In this document: positions 41,183-54,841 of the stretch, one piece after another | How positions within the stretch are numbered: the stretch's first letter is position 1 | How the letters are laid out: the number at the start of each line of letters is the position of its first letter | Assembly: GCA_964247055.1 (NCBI GenBank) | Contig: OZ176051.1 | Span: 14,012,001-14,076,000, forward strand | DNA length: 64,000 nt | Origin: Paragordius varius | Lineage: Eukaryota; Animalia; Nematomorpha | Direction: 5' to 3' | Translations under genes and position numbers: made by a program | The notes under the pieces: generated by a model | The model's database searches: none | Told to the model about the DNA's origin: nothing | What the model saw: only the letters and a program-made list of their open reading frames with translations

Positions 41183-42209
41183 TCAGGTGTATTCATTTTC
41201 ATCGTTTTTGGTTTAAAATGGTAATTTTAAAATGATATCAATTATTTTATTAATTCGAAATATTGTTCATCGGCTTCTACACATTTCACTCATCTCCAAA
41301 TTAGTAAATGAATTCCGCCGAAAAACTGATTGTATTTTACGGTACACCATTCGTCAAGTCATTTTCCAACGTCTTCAAAATTAATGTGCTCATCAGGGGT
41401 ATACCCTATATGGCGCAATGTCATGAGACAGTAGATGCGAAAGAATTTTCGATCGAAGCGACTTCGATATGTCTTTCACTGGTTTTGCTGTGCGAGACGG
41501 ACCCTTGTCATGAAGAAAAATCTTTTTATCATATCTTCTGGCCGATTTCGTTCGTTTCTAAAATAATGTGGTTTAAATTAATCATCTGTTGGGGATGGCG
41601 TTGTAGTATTAACGGTTTCACTGTTCAAAGGTAAACCCAAAACCGCTCGAGTCTTATCAGACACAGTGCATGGTCTACTGGCCAAGCGATTCGGTGATGT
41701 TGAGGGACTGACTTGGCAAAGTTAAACCAAAGATTTTTTTTGCTTTGTATTTACAAAGTAACGCATCCTACCCATACCAATTCGCCGCTAAATTGATCTT
41801 TTTTGTGACGTTGAAGCAAATGCACTTTGCCATTTTCGATTTGACGTTCATTTAAAGGGTATGGGACTCATTCACCGAGTTATTAATCTTTTTTTCCGTA
41901 GACATCGATTGATTGTTTTTTGTGATATATGTGATTCGTTCCCATATATAATTGATAGAATATGCTTATCAGAACTTTCTACCAGCGATAACTTTCACAG
42001 CTTTTTTTTCTAATGGCCATGCGCGCCGCAAACGTTCTTTTTCAGACTCAAACGACATTATTAAATACGCTAGTTTTAGGTGAAATCAATTTGTGTGTGT
42101 TTGTAACATAATGTCAGATGAACAAAATGGATCTGTATCAAATTTATTGTCTGCTTTATTTTGCAGACATCTTCCTATAGTTAAACCGTTAATAATTTAT
42201 GACACCTGG
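41183..42209 (-). mobile_element. Degenerate mariner (paralog of 2093-3215)
   Basis: ta|tcaggtgt ... gacacctgg|ta; same intronic position as in copy 1. Confidence 0.8.
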
Positions 42210-42766
42210 TATTTAAGTATATATTATAACTTGTATCTTAAAAATTTTGAACAAATCATCTTTTTCATACAATTCTCATATTTCAGTACAACCCATTATT
42301 ATAACCCACATCTGTATTTGAATAACTAAATGTTATTCACACTATGCATAGATTGGTAGTGTTTTATTTATAATATTGTGAGATAGTATATGCAGCAAAG
42401 AGAAGAATTATTAATAGCAGTAAAAAGTGAAAAAAATATACGCCAATAATAATACCCTTTTTTTTATCTGGCATAATTACAGTCATGTATATGTAGAATT
42501 GACAAACATTCGTTTTCAAATGATTATAATTTGTTTTTAATTGTTTTGATGTTTGTTCAACATGTGCATTTTTAAGCCTTATGTTGAAAGTTGACATAAA
42601 CATCAAAACAATTAAAAACAAATTTTAATCATTTAAAAACAAATGTTTGTTAATTCTACATATACATGACTGTAATGAAACACTAGAAATATATATCTAC
42701 ACATACTGTAATTACATGTCTATTGTCAATGAGATTCTTTATTTTATTAATTATATTTTTACAGTA

Positions 42767-42823
<57 letters not shown>

Positions 42824-42921
42824 GCCAATTCAGATTATTGTAGGCCAATCGGTAACAGTAGTTCTCAAACTTTTTCACCACCATTTTTACAGCTACAATT
42901 TTTTTGATCGCTAATACATTA

Positions 42922-44310
42922 TGGATTAAATTTTTTGGAGCGTGTATTTAATAAAGTTGTTTCAACGTATGAAATCCCGGTTGAATGGAAGGAAAGTTTA
43001 ACTGTGCCTTTATTTAAAGGAAAGGGTGATATAAATGAATGTAGTAACTATAGAGGGATAAAACTTATGTCGCACACTATGAAATTGTTTGAAAAAATAA
43101 TTGAAAAGCGAATCAGGAAAATGATATCTATAGAATGAAATCAATTTGGTTTCATGCCAGGAAAGTCAACAGTAGATCCTATACATGCGGTTAAGAGGTT
43201 GATTGAAAAACACATTGAAAAAAAGAAAGAATAACACGGGGTTTTGATTGATATAGAGAAGGCGTTTGACAGGATTCCTAGAGAAACTATTTGGTGGAGT
43301 CTCCGTCGTAAAAAAATGCCAGAAAGTTATATTAAGTTGTTACAAATAATGTACGAATCACACACCTCCAGGATTAAAACTCCACAAGGTTTATCAGAGC
43401 CCTTTTCAATAAAGCATGGAGTCTACCAAGGCTCATCACTCAGCCCCTTATTGTTTATAATTTGTATGGACGAGGTAGCCAAGGTTGTTAATGTGAGTTC
43501 AGGATGGTACTTAATGTATGCAGATGACATAATCATCTTGTCTGATTCATTAATTGAGTTAAAGCGAACGGTAAACAGATGAGTTGTTATGCTGGATCAA
43601 TATGGTCTGAAAGTAAACAAAGCAAAAACCGAACTTATTACTTTTGGGGGTCCACAACATGAAATGGTAGTTGATGATAGTTGGGTTCTGAAGGGTAAAG
43701 AAAGTTGCAAATATCTGGGAGCTATGTTAAGTGCAGATGGTTCGTTAACTGACGATATTAATTTAAGAATAAAGAGCAGCTGGGTAAATTAGAAGAAAAT
43801 TTCGAGCGTATTATGCAATCGAAATATTGATGTTAGAGTGAAAGGTAAGATCTACAGTTCAGTTGTCCAGCCCTCAATGATGTATAATTCACAGACATGG
43901 GGTGTCAAAAAATCTGAAGAGAGACAATTTAACGTGACTGAAATGAATATGCTCAGAATGATGTGTGGGGTAACTAGAAAGGACAAAATCGAGAATAGAT
44001 TTATTCATGGGAGCACAGATATTAAACCAATAGTGGAAAGAATGTCAAAAAATAGGCTACGTTGGTTCGGGCACATTGAAAGGAGAGATTCTAATTATAT
44101 TGCAAAAATAATAGATGGTTATATAGTTGAGGGAAAACGAGGACGTGGGCGACCTAAAACAAAATGGATAGATACAGTAAAAAGAGAGCTAGCAGAATAC
44201 GAGCTTAATGCAGAGGACGCCATAGATAGAGTTTCATGGCGAGACAGGTTGTATAACATGACCGCTCTCACGAGTGAAAACATGTAATGTAATAATAATA
44301 ATAATAATAA
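42922..44310 (+). mobile_element. 5'-truncated RTE-clade LINE with (TAA)n tail
   Basis: RT motifs (PLFKGKG..NYRGIKL, DIEKAFD, QGSSLSPLLF, LMYADD), C-terminus RLRWFGH..GKRGRGRP; TSD taatacatta (42912-21 and 44311-20); empty site at 3860-3869. Confidence 0.95.
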
Positions 44311-45057
44311 TAATACATTAAAACCAGTAAATTATTAAATGAAATTGATGGCAAGAGAAAAAAGGGTACTCTTTTCTTATAATGATATAAAAATAGACTT
44401 GATCTACATATTTTACCACCGAACGAGAATGGTAAATTGTAGCGGAAATTGTTTCGTGGGAAAAAAAACCCTAATCTTGAGTCCTTACCTAATTCTGCCA
44501 AGGGAGCATATCTCATATGTAGGTAATCAAACTTCGAGATTTCTTTGATGCTTATGGGCACATTGTTGGAACACATATCTTTTTTTACAAAATATTCTAT
44601 AGTGGTCACCAAAAATTTTTAAAGAGTCAAAAAAATATTTTTCATATCTCAAGGGCCATAATAAGATAAAATTAAAATCGATGTTTAACACAGGGCCATA
44701 AAAAAGCAATTTTAGGGCCGCGGTTGCATTACTGATCTATAGTCTTACCAATTTACAACATAATCCAAGAGTTAATGGATCAAATTAGTAGCACAGTACT
44801 GGTAAAGAGGGTCAAACAATATACTCTTTGGTTTTCTATTTTCAAAAATCAATTAATTTACATTGAATAATAATTATTTGTCATTCAGATTAGACCAAAT
44901 GCAAGAGCTAAATCCTTTTTACCTAACATGCATAATCTGATGAATGTACGACCCACACATTTTTTCAACGATGCCATACCCAGGTAGGTTGTTATTCCAT
45001 AATAAAAAAATGAATTTTAAATTTAATATTGGAAAAATTATTTTCTATATATAGACA

Positions 45058-45098
<41 letters not shown>

Positions 45099-47203
45099 GT
45101 TTGATGCCGAGAGTAAGCTCTAAGCCTGGGGCTACATTTGTGTATGATCATCTTAAAATCACTATTATAATAAAATGCAATAATGTTCTTACTAATTTAT
45201 ATTCTTTAATATAGCAACAATTACATGTTTGGTTATGAACTTCTTCCCATCAGTAATTAATCTAAAATTATGTGACTATATAATATATTTAATCCATTTT
45301 ATAGAGCAGTCAAAATGCAATGGAACTTTTTGGGACATCGATCTTTTACAAAATGCAATAGAATTAGCAACGGTATTAAATTTTTAAATAATACTAAAAA
45401 CTGGCCTCCCTTCCCATGATTTTTTAATTTCCTATATTTTTTTTAAAAAATAGATTGCTTCTTCTTCTAATCAGAAAGAAGCCATTGATATGACTCAATT
45501 GCAATTGGAATCTATGTTGGAGGTATGTGTTTCTGTATTTATTACTGTCAAAAAATATGTTTCACATATTGTTTCGGATTGTATAATAAATCGTTATTAA
45601 TTTAAATTAGGAGTATTGTGAAAATCCATACATGGATCCAGAATTGACAAAAAATTTATTTTTAACGCTTGGATCTATGAAATCAGCCGAACGAAAATTC
45701 TCGTGCAGACCTCTTAAGATATCCCATGCAAATTGCACTATTGAATAAAATTAAATATACTATCAACTTTTATCAATATACTATTGCTATTGGGCTTTCA
45801 TGATTATTAATTATCTATTTTGTAATTATCAAAAATAAATATTTCAGCATCTATTATATTTTAACGTTTTTGTACTTATTGAGTTTCTCTACAAATTCCT
45901 ACATAATTGATAAATTATGAATCGGGGTATGAATAATCACTAGATGGAATTTACTTCAGTTTGATTGTATCACCAAATATGAACATTTTGCGAGCGCCAC
46001 TCAAAAAGAAATTTTATTAAATTTAGTGTTAACCGAATCTAAAATTATTTTTAATCTTCCCAAATAAAATTTTTAATTACGGTTTTCCGATTAAAACAAA
46101 AGATCACACTATTTTTTTATCAAAACAATAAAAAATTTAAATTAGCAAATTATATCATGAAATAAAGCGTTAAAAACTATATATAAATAGATCGGGTATT
46201 ACAGTATGGGTGTGTTAAAAGCTGTTTTAAACTTTTCTAAAATATAAAAATACTGAAATGTGCATTTTATTTATCAAAGTGTCGGGTTCACAATCTACAT
46301 TTTCGGTTATTTCCTAAGGTTCTGAGTGTTTTTTATATAAATGTGTCAATAAATATAAGTTACGGCCGTAATCTATTTCCTTATGGATAGTTATTAATTT
46401 GAATTTAGATCAGGTGGGATCCTATAAATAGGGATTTTAAAAAAGATTACAATGAAAGACATGAAACCTCAATTTCTTCAAAAAACTTTCTGTTATATGA
46501 ACCAACATTTCTAAACTAGTGATTGTTATGTTTTTTATATTGATTACGTTTTAACATATATTATTTCACATATATAATATATTTTGAATTAATTTTATTG
46601 TGAACATAAAAATTGTATAAAACATTAAAATCCACATAAAATCGACAATCATTTAAGGCATGTCCTGATTTGTATCCAGATTCAAATCTATGTCATAATA
46701 CTCTGCTTAACGAATTGATCGGTAACCATTGAAATTGACAATTGATGTTGTTTACAAGGCACGTGGCACAGGTTTGAAAGCGCTAGGTACATCAAGGTAA
46801 ATATTAGTTTTGTCGTTTTGCCATAAAAGCTTGGAAGATATCAAAATGGCAAATACTATCTGATTAGTTGATATGAAACGTCACCAAGATTGGCCGATTG
46901 GTATATGTTAAATCATTGGTACTAAAAATGGCATTATATCTTTGAGCTTTTTCGAATCGTGTTTTTGAATGCGACATGCACATCGCATATTTTTGGAGAC
47001 CATGCTCCTTTAATATGAATTTTGGTGTCAAAATAGTGAAAGTTTTTTATTAATATTAAAGTTCATTTTTAAATAGGTCCACAACACTTGCGCAATTTAT
47101 CCATTTTTGGACTAAAATGGTAAAAATATCCCTGCTTGAAAAAAATCAAAATAATTACAAACTAAATCTTGCCGTAATTGCATAGATAATATTTATGATA
47201 TAA

Positions 47204-49932
47204 ATAGCTGGCCCTGTCACGCTTCGCTGTGACGTAGTCTCACCGATAATAACTCCTAATAATTTGCAATAAATAGAGGTAATGGATATAAAAAAAACAT
47301 ATTTAAAAAAAGAATGTCTATAATTATTATTACGGGTTTTTACATAGGCTTAAATATTGTGTACTCGAAATTGACCATATTTTATTATTAATATTCAACT
47401 ATTATTGGATTTGATTTTCCTTTAACGACAGGGTTAAAAGTTTTATTTTAAATAGTGTTCACACAGCTGGAATCAAGTGATATAAAAAGTAAATCATTTG
47501 TGGATCCTTTTTAAAGGAAAGAAAAAATCCCCAGAAATGTGTTTAACTGATGTCGTATGGCTTCTTAAGTTTTTTGAAAATTAGCTCCAAACCACGCCAT
47601 TTTTGTATGGTGTCTCGTAAACCGGTAGCCCCCTACCCATAGACCTATATGGAAAAAGCGCCTAAAATATTTTGTCTCTATAAATATTTGATATCATCTT
47701 TGATATCATCTATCGGGTTTTTCGAAAAAATACCTCAACAGTAAATATCGTTATATGATGGCGTATTTTTAGGGTAAAAGCCCCAAATTAACGATTAATA
47801 ATAAAAACGCTCGACCTTAATTTTTACCTAGTTAAGGGTAATATTTCAAGCTTTTAATGAGCATATGGCTTCATGAATTTTCTGTAAATTAGCTCCAAAA
47901 CAACGTAATTTCTATATAGTGGCGCAGTTTTTGGCGGGTAGCTCCTCACCCAGAAGCAGGTATAAAAAAATAGTTGCGCAAAATCTTTGCCTTGATAAGG
48001 GGAATATCTGGAATTATTATGGATTCCATATGTTCCTATTAGTCGCATAGGTTTTGTAAAAATTTAGCTCCAAAGTGCTGTATGATGATGCAGTTTTAGG
48101 CGGGTAGCGCCCTATCCAGGGGCAAAAAAACGCTCAATTTAAATTTTTGCCTTAATTTGGGTAATACCTGAAATCATGATTGATTACATGTAACGAATTT
48201 TCGAAAAATTGCCTCAAAACCAAAAATTCTATGGTGACGCATTTTTTAGGAGGGCCTAATAAAGGTGTAATTTAATAAAACCGCCTTACTCAAATTTTTG
48301 CCTTTTTACGGGTGTATAAAAAAGCGTTGGGAAAATTTTTGCCTTTATATGGGAATATCTGAAATTATCATGGATTCCTAATGTTCCTATTATACTCATA
48401 GGTTTTCTGAGATTTGGCTCCAAAGGCATGCTGTATCGATAAGGTGACGCAGTTTTACGCGGGTAGCTCTCTAACCAGGGGTGAAACAAAAAAAACGCTC
48501 GATTAAAATTTTTGCCTTAATTCGGGTAATACTCGGAATCATGATTGTTTCCATATGCTCCTGTGGGATTTTCGAAAAATTGCCTTAAAACCAAAAAAAG
48601 TCATTCTATGGTCGCGCATCAACGGCCTAATTAAGGGGTAATTAAATTAAACCGCTCTACTTAAATTTTTGCCTTTTTACGGGTAATATTTCAGGCCCAT
48701 TAAACTCGTATGGCCTAATAAGTTTTTTAAAATTTGCCTCCAAAGTCACGCTGATATGGTAGCGCAGTTGTTGGCGGGTAGCCGCCTACCCAGAGAACAA
48801 TATAAAAAAGACATTCGATAAAATTGCCTTTATAAGGGAATACCTGGAATCATCATTTATTCCTTATGTTCTTAATAGTTTTTGGAAGAATGGCTTCAAA
48901 ACTAAATAAATCAATGATAGCCCATTTTTTAGGGCGTAAAGGGCCTAATTAAGGGCTAATTTAAAAAAACTGCTCAACTTAAATTTTTGCCTTGGTAATA
49001 TTTCAAGCCCTTATTATACTTATATGGCCTGATAAGTTTTTTGAAAATTAACTCCTAAACAACGCAATTTCGATATGGTAACGCAATTTTAGGGCGGTAG
49101 CTCCATACCCAGAGGCTGATACAAAAAAGGCGCTTGATTAAAATTTTTGCCTTTTTAGGAGAATACCTGGAATCATGATTGATTTCATATGCTCTCATTA
49201 GTTTTTGGAAAAATTGCCTCAAAATTAAAAAATCATTCTATTGCGGGGCATTTTTAGCCCATGAGGGGCATAATTAACGGCTAATTTTATAAAACCGTAC
49301 GACCTTAATTTTTGCCTTGCGGGGTAATATTTTAAGCACCTATTGAACTCATATGGCCGGATAGGTTTTCCAAAATTTAGCCCCAAAGTCACGCTATTTC
49401 GATATGACGGGTCAGTTTTTAGCGGGTATCTTTTCACCCAGCACCCTTTATAAAAGAAACGCAAGACTAAAATTTTTGCCTTTTAATAGTGAATACCTGA
49501 AATTCTCATTGTATTTTTACGGTCTCATACCTTGGACGAAAAATAAAATCAAAAAATTATTTTTGTGGACTTTGTTTTTTATAAAAAATGGCATTTTACG
49601 GGGGGAGTGGGTAAAATGAAGGCTTAAATTAAAAAAACGAGCCGACTATGTTCGACGCAATCGAAAAAAAGTAAAAAAAATATATTTGAAATCGAATAGT
49701 CCAATACGTTTTCCTGAAAATTGTCTCAAAGACACGATTTTTGTGGACTTATGTTTTCAAAAAACCGTTTTTTAAACGGGGTGCGCCCGAACTGGGAATT
49801 CAAAAGAGGGCGAAGCTATTGTCGGGGCATTCATTAATGATTATATTTTTTGACATTTTAATTTGAATAAGTCTACCGGTTTTCCGAAACAGATCACAAA
49901 GCCAGCATTATCCATTTTTATAAATATATAGA
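47204..49932 (-). mobile_element. Non-autonomous Helitron, copy C
   Basis: Minus-strand A|TC start, hairpin gtcacagcgaagcgtgac, CTA(G>T) end. Absent at the paralogous site ~7020; no TSD. Confidence 0.9.
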
Positions 49933-51781
49933 TTAATAAAATAGTGTGTAAATAGTGTATAACGCTTAATAAAATAACTTTTCTCAGAGCTTAATTAATG
50001 AACTATTTTTTGATTAATGCAGCATTATTTTAAAAAATTACGGTCGTCCCAATTACAACTTAGGGTGAGTTGGTCAATATAAATATATTTCAAACTAAAT
50101 TTCAGTTTTCAAAATTGGTGAATGACAGTGTTGGAAATACCGACCTTATGAAAAATATTACACCACCATTAGCAGACCATTCTATAAAATTAATTAAAAT
50201 TGGCTTCTAAGGTCAATTAAATAAGCATTTTGATAATCCATATATTTTATTAATAAAGCGAAAAAATCACCTTGCACATATATTATTCTAAAACGCAAAA
50301 ATTTATACACTCACAATTCATGAATTTTTCATAATATTGGGGTATGTTTATTTTCCTGAAAATTTTGTAAAAAGTGCTCTTTTGAAAGTTATTTTATTTA
50401 CAATTTAAATATCAATCATTGTTCTCATGTATCTAAGAGCTTATTTAACAGTTTTGTGATTTCTAGAGTCTGAAATTACAACAGCTCCAAACGATTGAAA
50501 CGACAGGTGATAGTAAAATAAAAATATATCAAGTTTTTGCTGGTAAAATACAGCCCAAAAGTTTTAAAAGTTAATTCATATACATTTATTTCCTTGTTAC
50601 ATTAACCCTGAAAAGAATTTAATAAAACATTGGCTGTGAAAAAGTTTAGATGATTTTTTTACAATTTTACATTTTTTTAAAAAAAACACTATAATGCGCC
50701 TAAAAGGCTAAAGAAAGCATTTTTAAATTCGGCTAGATACCTTAAATACTTTGATATTCGAAAAACTACCCCTCAAGGTTTGGAGTGATACTGTACTGTT
50801 GAACCGAAAAGCATGAAAAGCTTTCGCTAACCTTCAATTCGAAACCGACTATGTATAAATCATTATATAATGATTTTATTTATTTTAAACATTCAATAAT
50901 ATGCATATGTGCAATTTTATGATTGTGTTAGATGATTTTTTTGTTTACTTTTAACATCAAGTGCTGGCTGGTATAATCCATCAAACATTACTAATTTTTG
51001 GTTTAATATGCATATAAAATGGATAAACCATTCACATAAAAAATGGGAAAATATATTTAATGAAAATCTCAACACATAACCAAAATAACAATTTTAATTG
51101 AACAAAAATATAAATTTTAAATCGTGTTAATTTTCATACCAATTTCAACTATAACAATTTAATAATAATATTTACTATCTGCATACCCTTGGGCAAGAAC
51201 ATTATCTCACCCTTTCTCGCACGCACAGATTCGATAAATCTTGAATTTATCAAAACTCTCTCCCCAAATACTTTGCCCTTTAAACTAGATGACTGGCAAT
51301 CATTTAATTAGATAAGTAAATCTATACAATTTGCACTTCAAGAGTGCCTTGAACACTTCAAGTTGTTAGTGTGGATTCAACTATAACTGCCTTTATTTTT
51401 ATTTTTTATATATTATGTATTTACTCATTTAAAATTTATATTTTTCAACTCACCTTTTTGTTTCAATGTAGTTTATATATTTGAACAATATTATTGACCT
51501 ATAACTGTTTTTATTAAAAGATTTTAAATAAACCATAAAATTTAAATATTTTTCAATTACTTCTTGAAATCTTTTTTATATTAGAATTTTTAATAAATCA
51601 ATAAAATACGGTTTGTAAATGAAAAGCAGATAATGATTTAAAAGTTAGGTTAAATAAAGAGAATTTTAACAGTGTTATAAGATGAAAGGTATAAATGTTT
51701 AAATATTAAAGTCACTCTTAATATGAAGAACCAACTAGTAAATGTGCAAATACACTCTTGAAGTGCAAATGATATAAATTA

Positions 51782-52915
51782 CACTAGTCGACAAATTTGG
51801 ACATTTTTAAGCACCACCACTCAACCTTTTTAAATTATGACTAATTTCAGTGTTTTAAAACCGAATTTGAAAAAAATTTTGATCCCGCCAATCAGAATTT
51901 TGAAATATTATAGGTTTTTCAATTTTTCAAAAACAAGAGAAAATCGAGAGAAAATCAAATATAACTTTATAATAAAATGTTATTATATTATAAACTTAAT
52001 ATCATTTAATAAAGCGTTTTAAACTCTATCTTTTGAATATAAATATGTCATTTAAATATCAGAGGGAAAAAAATAGTACGGACTTAAACGTCAAAATTTA
52101 GTCCTTTTCTTTCAAGTGAATTTTTAATACGTATAAAAAATTTTTAAAAAAATACTAAAAAAGGGATTCTATGGTTTAAACCTTCGGCTTTCAGATAGGC
52201 TATATTTATTTGTTAGTTTTCGTTCTTTCGAGTACTTATTAAACTTTTTCTCTTGAGTTGGTTCTTATAAAAAATTCTTTATTTATACCTAGTGGATATA
52301 CCTTATTTTTTTAAATTATTGGTTGTTTTGTATTTTGAATTTCAGATGGATGTTGTTTAGCCACATTTAGTAGAATTTACTGTTATGGGGTTGGACCATT
52401 TGTATTTACCTAATTTATATTCAATTTAATTGTATTTATCTAACTTTATTCTGTAAATTGGTTAATTTAACATGTCAATTTGCCTGGATTTTGCTTGCAA
52501 GTCTCTCTTATCGGACTTTACGATTACTTATTGTTATCTTTGCCATATCTGGCATAATTGGATCGCTTGGGGGATATGCAGAACTTGTGCAGCCGCCCGG
52601 ATCTATCACACTATAAATAAGCCCCTTTTAGATTTTTAATACTTTGGCTCTTAGCTTGTTTAGTATCTTATTTAATGCCTAGAATTTGTTATCCATGCAT
52701 GAAAAATTACTTGTATCGACTTGCTTGTTTGAATATTTAAACATATGTACACGAGGAATGATTGTTATTTTTGAATTAAATACAAATTTAAAAATTAGAT
52801 TTTGGAAAAATCCTATTGGTGGCCTCAATTTTCTTTTTTGTTTTGGCCTATCCATGCCATTAGGTATCAGAAAATGCAAAAATAATGGGGTGGTGCAAAA
52901 CCTTGTTGATCAGTG
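51782..52915. mobile_element. CACT-terminated element, family 2
   Basis: tta|cactagtcgacaa ... ttgttgatcagtg|tta; highly similar to 61179-62317. Confidence 0.88.
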
Positions 52916-54379
52916 TTATATATAATTTAACTAAACCACGCTGATATTAAATCGTCTTCACACAATTATCAATAAATAGTTGGCCGCAAAAAAATTTTTT
53001 TTAAAATTGTCGATTTTTCAATTAACATTTCGATTAAAATTGCGGTATTGAAATACCCCAATTTTTAGGTTGATGTTTTTGAAAACTACTGAAATTTAGT
53101 TTTGGAAAAAAAGATCCGTCCGTATCAAACCACTTGGACGCCATTTTATTTTACATTATTTTTGCAAAATACATGTTTAACATATGTTATAAAGAATTTC
53201 GAACTTGGTGATGCAATTATATACATCAAATAAACTGACCAGATGTTTCACATGCCGACCTTATGGAAAATATTAAAACAAACTTTTGCCTAATTTTAAC
53301 TGACCTCTGGGCTCATGTATAAAGGCAGTAAAAATTATCCAATAAATTTTGATAATAGATGATGATGGGAAAAGATTACTTAGCACACATCTCATACTAC
53401 ACAGATCAATTAATGAAAAACTCAAAAATTAATGCATCAAAAAAGCTTTTTTTCCAAACCTTCAATTGAAAAACGACTACGCATAAATCAATCATGATAT
53501 AAATTATAAAATTTTTTGGATGTAAAACATTTAATATGCATATAAATTGCGTAAGAACTTCGTGTGAACTTTAAACATCAACTGCTGGTTAATAGTTGCA
53601 TTAAACATCTGAACCCTGGTGTAATTTGTAGATAACGGATATCTGAATAAATTTCATAAAATATTTTAAGATTAAATGTTTTAAAAAAATTTAGATAATC
53701 AATTTCAAGCTGATTTGCCTTTAAAAATAGATAGCCTACGATCAAATCATTCAATTGGCTCAGAAGCAAAAACGAATGTTATATTTAATTGTCTTCAACA
53801 CCGTATTATGATATAAATTATTTGAAGCCTAATTTAGTAGAATTCACAGTATTGTCGGAATTTTTTCTTTAAATTAGATTTTCTTATTATAAAAATAATA
53901 CAACCAAAATATTAACATTTGTAAATCAAATAATTGATTATAAATTGCCAAATGTATAGTGAAAGAAAGATAGTATCGCCTAATAAATAAAACAAAAAGT
54001 ATAAGTACAAAGGTATATAATGACTGTTAAATTAAGTGTGGCATCTATTTATTTAACTTTAAAAAATTTTTGCACCAAGCAATTCGTTGGTAAACTGCTT
54101 CTCAGTCTGAAAATATAAAACTAAGGTTAAAAAAACTGCTTTCAACGGAGATCTATATATACGAAAATATGTATTATAAATAACCTTGAGTTATAAATAT
54201 TAGTTTTTTTAGAACAGCCGAATCACCCAAAATTCAGAGAGTGCTAATATTATATTAGGCGCTTAGTTTTAGGTTTGAAGTTTTAAGTATGTGATTTGTA
54301 GTAGTAAATAAAATTTGAATAATAAAATAAAATTTTTATAATCAAAATCATATGGAAACAAGTAATTAAGAGGGAGGAA

Positions 54380-54570
54380 CCGGAAGCGGGTTAGTTTCTT
54401 AAAATTTATAGATAAAACCCGAGGGGTTCCTGAATTTTGAAATCGGTACCGGGGTGGTTGCCGGGGAAGTGACACCGGAACCGCCTTGCTTCCATCCCAA
54501 TGGAACCGGTTCTTGTTAAAATCACAGGAACCGAGTTCCAGTTCCATGCGGTTCCAGTTCCAAGTCCCGA
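54380..54570. repeat. GC-rich ggaacc/gttcca repeat cluster, probably a solitary DNA-transposon end
   Basis: Repeated ggaaccg and gttccagttcc motifs ending at a (TA)n run. No partner end found. Confidence 0.4.
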
Positions 54571-54841
54571 TATATATATATATATATGATAATTTTGCCA
54601 ACAGTGTTTGGAAAATTTTGTATAATTCTTTTTAAAAGAGTGTATGGCATTTGGGACAAAAATTCTTATTACTTATCATCCGTAGTTTAAAAATGTGAAA
54701 TGAATCGACAAAATACTAATGTCGCAATATGTTTGAGTTATAAATATACAGTAAAAAACAGAATATAATTTAATATATTAAGCATAATCACACTGCAAAA
54801 GTAAAAACCAAGCAAACTATCCAGAATATTTACGCATAATT

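Larger units (their letters stand above)
36513..45748 (+). pseudogene. Neprilysin/M13-fold non-catalytic secreted protein gene, copy 2 (complete span; 5' half intact, exon at ~42765-42900 disrupted)
   Basis: ATG 36513 with hydrophobic leader. Exons 36513-36600, 36635-36736, 36808-37289 (VKAVYDSC), 37455-37595, 39622-39690, 39805-39947, 40073-40289, 40373-40441 and 40470-40526 join in frame. The exon from 42765 has (TA)24, a +2 indel and a lost donor. Exons from 44356 to the stop at 45746-48 are phase-consistent. Confidence 0.7.
39077..51781 (+). repeat. Segmental duplication, copy 2
   Basis: Direct paralog of 1-9915, with extra insertions at ~42387-42700, 42922-44320 and 47204-49932. Confidence 0.95.

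Noticed and set aside
42093-42329. ORF partly conserved between duplicates (VKP..YDTWYLSI)
   Set aside because: The conserved part is the mariner TIR and its flank, and the frame breaks in copy 1.
51837-52022. Near-identical ORF repeated at 61234-61419
   Set aside because: Low-complexity K/I/F-rich frame in the subterminal region of a non-autonomous element. Its conservation reflects recent transposition only.
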